Assembly: GCF_000485595.1 (NCBI RefSeq)
Contig: NW_014577084.1
Coordinates: forward strand, 180,431 to 217,173
Source of the DNA: Priapulus caudatus
Lineage: Eukaryota
Direction of reading: 5' to 3'
DNA: 36,743 bases
The position numbers were made by a program, and so were the translations under genes. How positions within the stretch are numbered: the first letter of the stretch is position 1; each line of letters opens with the position of its first letter. This document shows, one piece after another, positions 33,732 to 36,743 of this stretch. A model generated the notes under the pieces. The model was not told the DNA's origin and searched no databases. It worked only from the letters and a program-made list of their open reading frames with translations.

Positions 33732-33890
33732 ATCTTTTATGCGAACGTATCAAAACCCTACCATATGCAATATCACCTGCAGTCACGATTGACACTATAT
33801 TGGAGTACCTAGCGTACCCCAATATAGTGTCAATCGTTACTGCAGATGATATTGCATATGGTAGGGTTTTGATACGTTCGCATAAAAGAT
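33732..33890. repeat. 159-bp foldback: 77-bp inverted arms, 5-nt loop, 3 mismatches
   Basis: Arms at 33732-33808 and 33814-33890; loop CTAGC. Confidence 0.92.
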
Positions 33891-34670
33891 TTGAAACAAC
33901 GACGGATACTCCACTGATGCATTACATTATGTAATCTAACAGAAAATGTGTTTTACCATTCCACCACACTTGGTCACGGCGGACGACACAAGTATTTCAT
34001 AAGAGCTAACTGATAATCGAGTCGAAGAAAAACGAAGAAATTTCGCGCGTTCAACGAGATCACAAGAATATCAAGTATTTTATAGCGATCGTTATGTATA
34101 CACGTAATTTCACACGGACTAGTCCCTCTCCCGTCCATTCCGCATAGCGAGATGTTCGTGTTGCAGAACATTACGTATACCGCTGTCGTTTCTGTCGCCA
34201 CGACGCAGTCAGCGCGCTAACGATACCATCGGGATGGCATCCAAAGAATTCGTCTTTGCCTGTTTGCACACATGCAAATCCCGCACAGGAAGAACACGCC
34301 ATGCGGCTTTCTCACGAAGGTGGACATTTGCTTGCGTAACGTTGAGTAACGCCGGACCAATAAGGAAGCTGCGCAGGTTCTAAGCTCGCCATACCCACGA
34401 CGGCAATGCGGAAGTGCGCACGCAGCCGTGCACCGCCGCGGTCCGCCGTCCGCTGTCGATCCAGGCAGCAGACGTAATAACTATGCTACTAAGCCACTCT
34501 TGCTCTCGGATACAGCCCGGTAAATGCCTCGTGCTTTTCTAGTGGTGCCGAAGCGGACGATAAACGATGCTATTAGAAAACAAGTTAGCTGAAGTCAAGA
34601 ACAAAAGACTTTATGGTCTGACGAAACAATACCAAACGGCGTAGCACGCTATACTTGTTTCGTACCGCGC

Positions 34671-34816
34671 GTGTGTGTGTGTGTGTGTGCGTGTGCGTGT
34701 GCGTGTGCGTGTACGTGTGCGTGTGCGTGTGCGTGTGCGTGTGCGTGTGCGTGTGCGTGTGCGTGTGCGTGTGCGTGTGCGTGTGCGTGTGCGTGTGCGT
34801 GTGCGTGTGCGTGTGC
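34671..34816. repeat. (GT)n then (GTGCGT)n microsatellite
   Basis: Visible directly. Confidence 0.95.
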
Positions 34817-35339
34817 TTTTCATCCAATATACATGCATTTTTCCACTGAAATAATCACACCATTAGATTCTGCAAGACAAAAAGCATATAAAAAGACACT
34901 TTATTCATGTTTTTGTGTCAAATAATTACGAAGATGGAACAATTAGTAGATATTGAGAATCGTGCGGCGCCATTTTGGATTTTCCATTGTTACGGCCGTT
35001 ACGGAAAAGAATTACCATGGCACTTTATCTAAAATCATTTAGTATACCCTTAACTTTATTCATGCCAATTTTTGTGCTTTTACAACAAAACCCACAATTT
35101 TTTCATATATCTGCCCTGACTATATCACTTGACGAGCCTTGTTCATGCTCATTTCCCACTACAAAACATGCAAAAAAGTGCAAAATATTCAAAGACTCAT
35201 AAAAAAATTTCCCCAAAGCGGATTTTTGCGGATTTTGGATATGTTGTTCTATGACACATCTTGCATGCTCATCTAATGTAAATCGTCTTTATACCATTTA
35301 TTTCCGGGTTAAAATGCTCTACTAGCATGCAGACTATAT

Positions 35340-35480
<141 letters not shown>

Positions 35481-36623
35481 GGGGGGGCGAGTGTGTGCGT
35501 TTGCGAGCACGTGTGCGGTTATACTTGCGTGGAGGCGCGCGTGGTGCTTACGTGCGTATGAGCATGCACGTGTGTGATACCATTTTAATTTACCATAAAT
35601 TTAAATAATACAAATCAGATCATACATGAAAATCTGGATGATGTAACATTTTACATATAATGTGAATAAAAAGTAGGCTACTGTTATCGAGTAATGCCTT
35701 ATAGTAGAATGAATAATTTCACAAATTACATTAGCACAATATCTCGCATATGCAATTCTATTAATTGGTATGAATTTGGTTGATTACATATATAATAAAA
35801 ATCGTCCCTTAACACACACTTGTCTGTCATGACTCTATATATAATATTTATCCTCTCAACTGGGATGGCATTAGTCTAGAGTTGTTGTTAGTTCATTCAT
35901 CATCCGCAATCACACGATTCTAGACAAGCGTACTGCGAGGTGTCATGGGCTTGCATGCGGTTAATTATACACGTGCGGTCGTACCGCGGTGTTCCAGCTC
36001 CTTGACATTTGGCTTATGCTAATTTACACAATGTAGCCTACATGGCCTTTTAGGTCATCGAACATCACAACGATCTGTCACATATACGGGTATAACCCCA
36101 AAGTAGTCCCACGACATCGCCATATAAGTTCGTTCTATCGCGTGTTGGTTACATTTAAACGCATCTAACTCTTAAAATGATATTGGTTTTGAATTGAGAA
36201 AACAGCATGCGATATGAAAACAGACAGACAGCAGCTACCGTATGATGAAAACGGGCTGGTCTTCACTTATACAGGACATCACCTATACCACCACGCATTC
36301 CAAGTTTATTACCGTGCATGTGTTGGAAAATGTTACGTGTAATACCGAGGAATTTTGCTTGATTTTACAAAAAAAATCACAGTGATTGGAAGTTTGCATA
36401 CGGTACCTAGCGTGTCAGTGCTGGCAGTGTGCGACTAGCATCGCAGTGGCAACATCTTTAAAGCAGGAATCGCTTTAATACGTGCCCACTGATGATAATA
36501 TATTATTACAAGAGTTAGGGCTTCATCGCACTCAAGAATAATGATCTGTTCTAACACAGCGCTGTTTCCTGATTTTGCCTGAACTCACACTTATTCTCAA
36601 AATAATCTATAAATTAACTAACA

Positions 36624-36671
36624 AACACACACACACGCACACGCACACACACACACACACACATACGCGCG

Positions 36672-36724
<53 letters not shown>

Positions 36725-36743
36725 GCACGCACGCACGCACGCA
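36624..36743. repeat. (CA)n/(CG)n/(GCAC)n microsatellite running to the window end
   Basis: Visible directly. Confidence 0.95.

Overview
Eukaryotic genomic DNA from what looks like an invertebrate animal: spliceosomal introns, dense CA/TA/CT microsatellites, CpG not visibly depleted, and TTAGGG-type telomeric repeats. It is a draft assembly with two N gaps and some error-rich stretches. One protein-coding gene is supported, on the minus strand. A 58-nt exon (15255-15198) carries the ATG and MIPLLFIVLSRQ. It splices in phase 0 to a giant terminal exon (12229 to the stop at 5342). The product is ~2307 aa, has a signal peptide, and is S/T/P/R/N-rich and largely low-complexity, with three C-x13-C loops and several RX[KR]R sites. 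I recognise no family for it. The rest is transposon debris and simple repeats: Kolobok-like and PIF/Harbinger-like MITEs, a non-autonomous Helitron carrying a tRNA-Arg(CCT)-derived segment, an R4/Dong RT fragment, a probable hAT remnant and a 159-bp foldback. The two most unusual non-coding signals are (i) several 30-44 bp CA...TG palindromes, most flanked by 7-bp direct repeats, resembling P-element-superfamily excision footprints, and (ii) an 11-unit (CCCTAA)n tract between two copies of a ~55-bp sequence, resembling telomerase-mediated break repair. All calls were made by eye; no searches were run.
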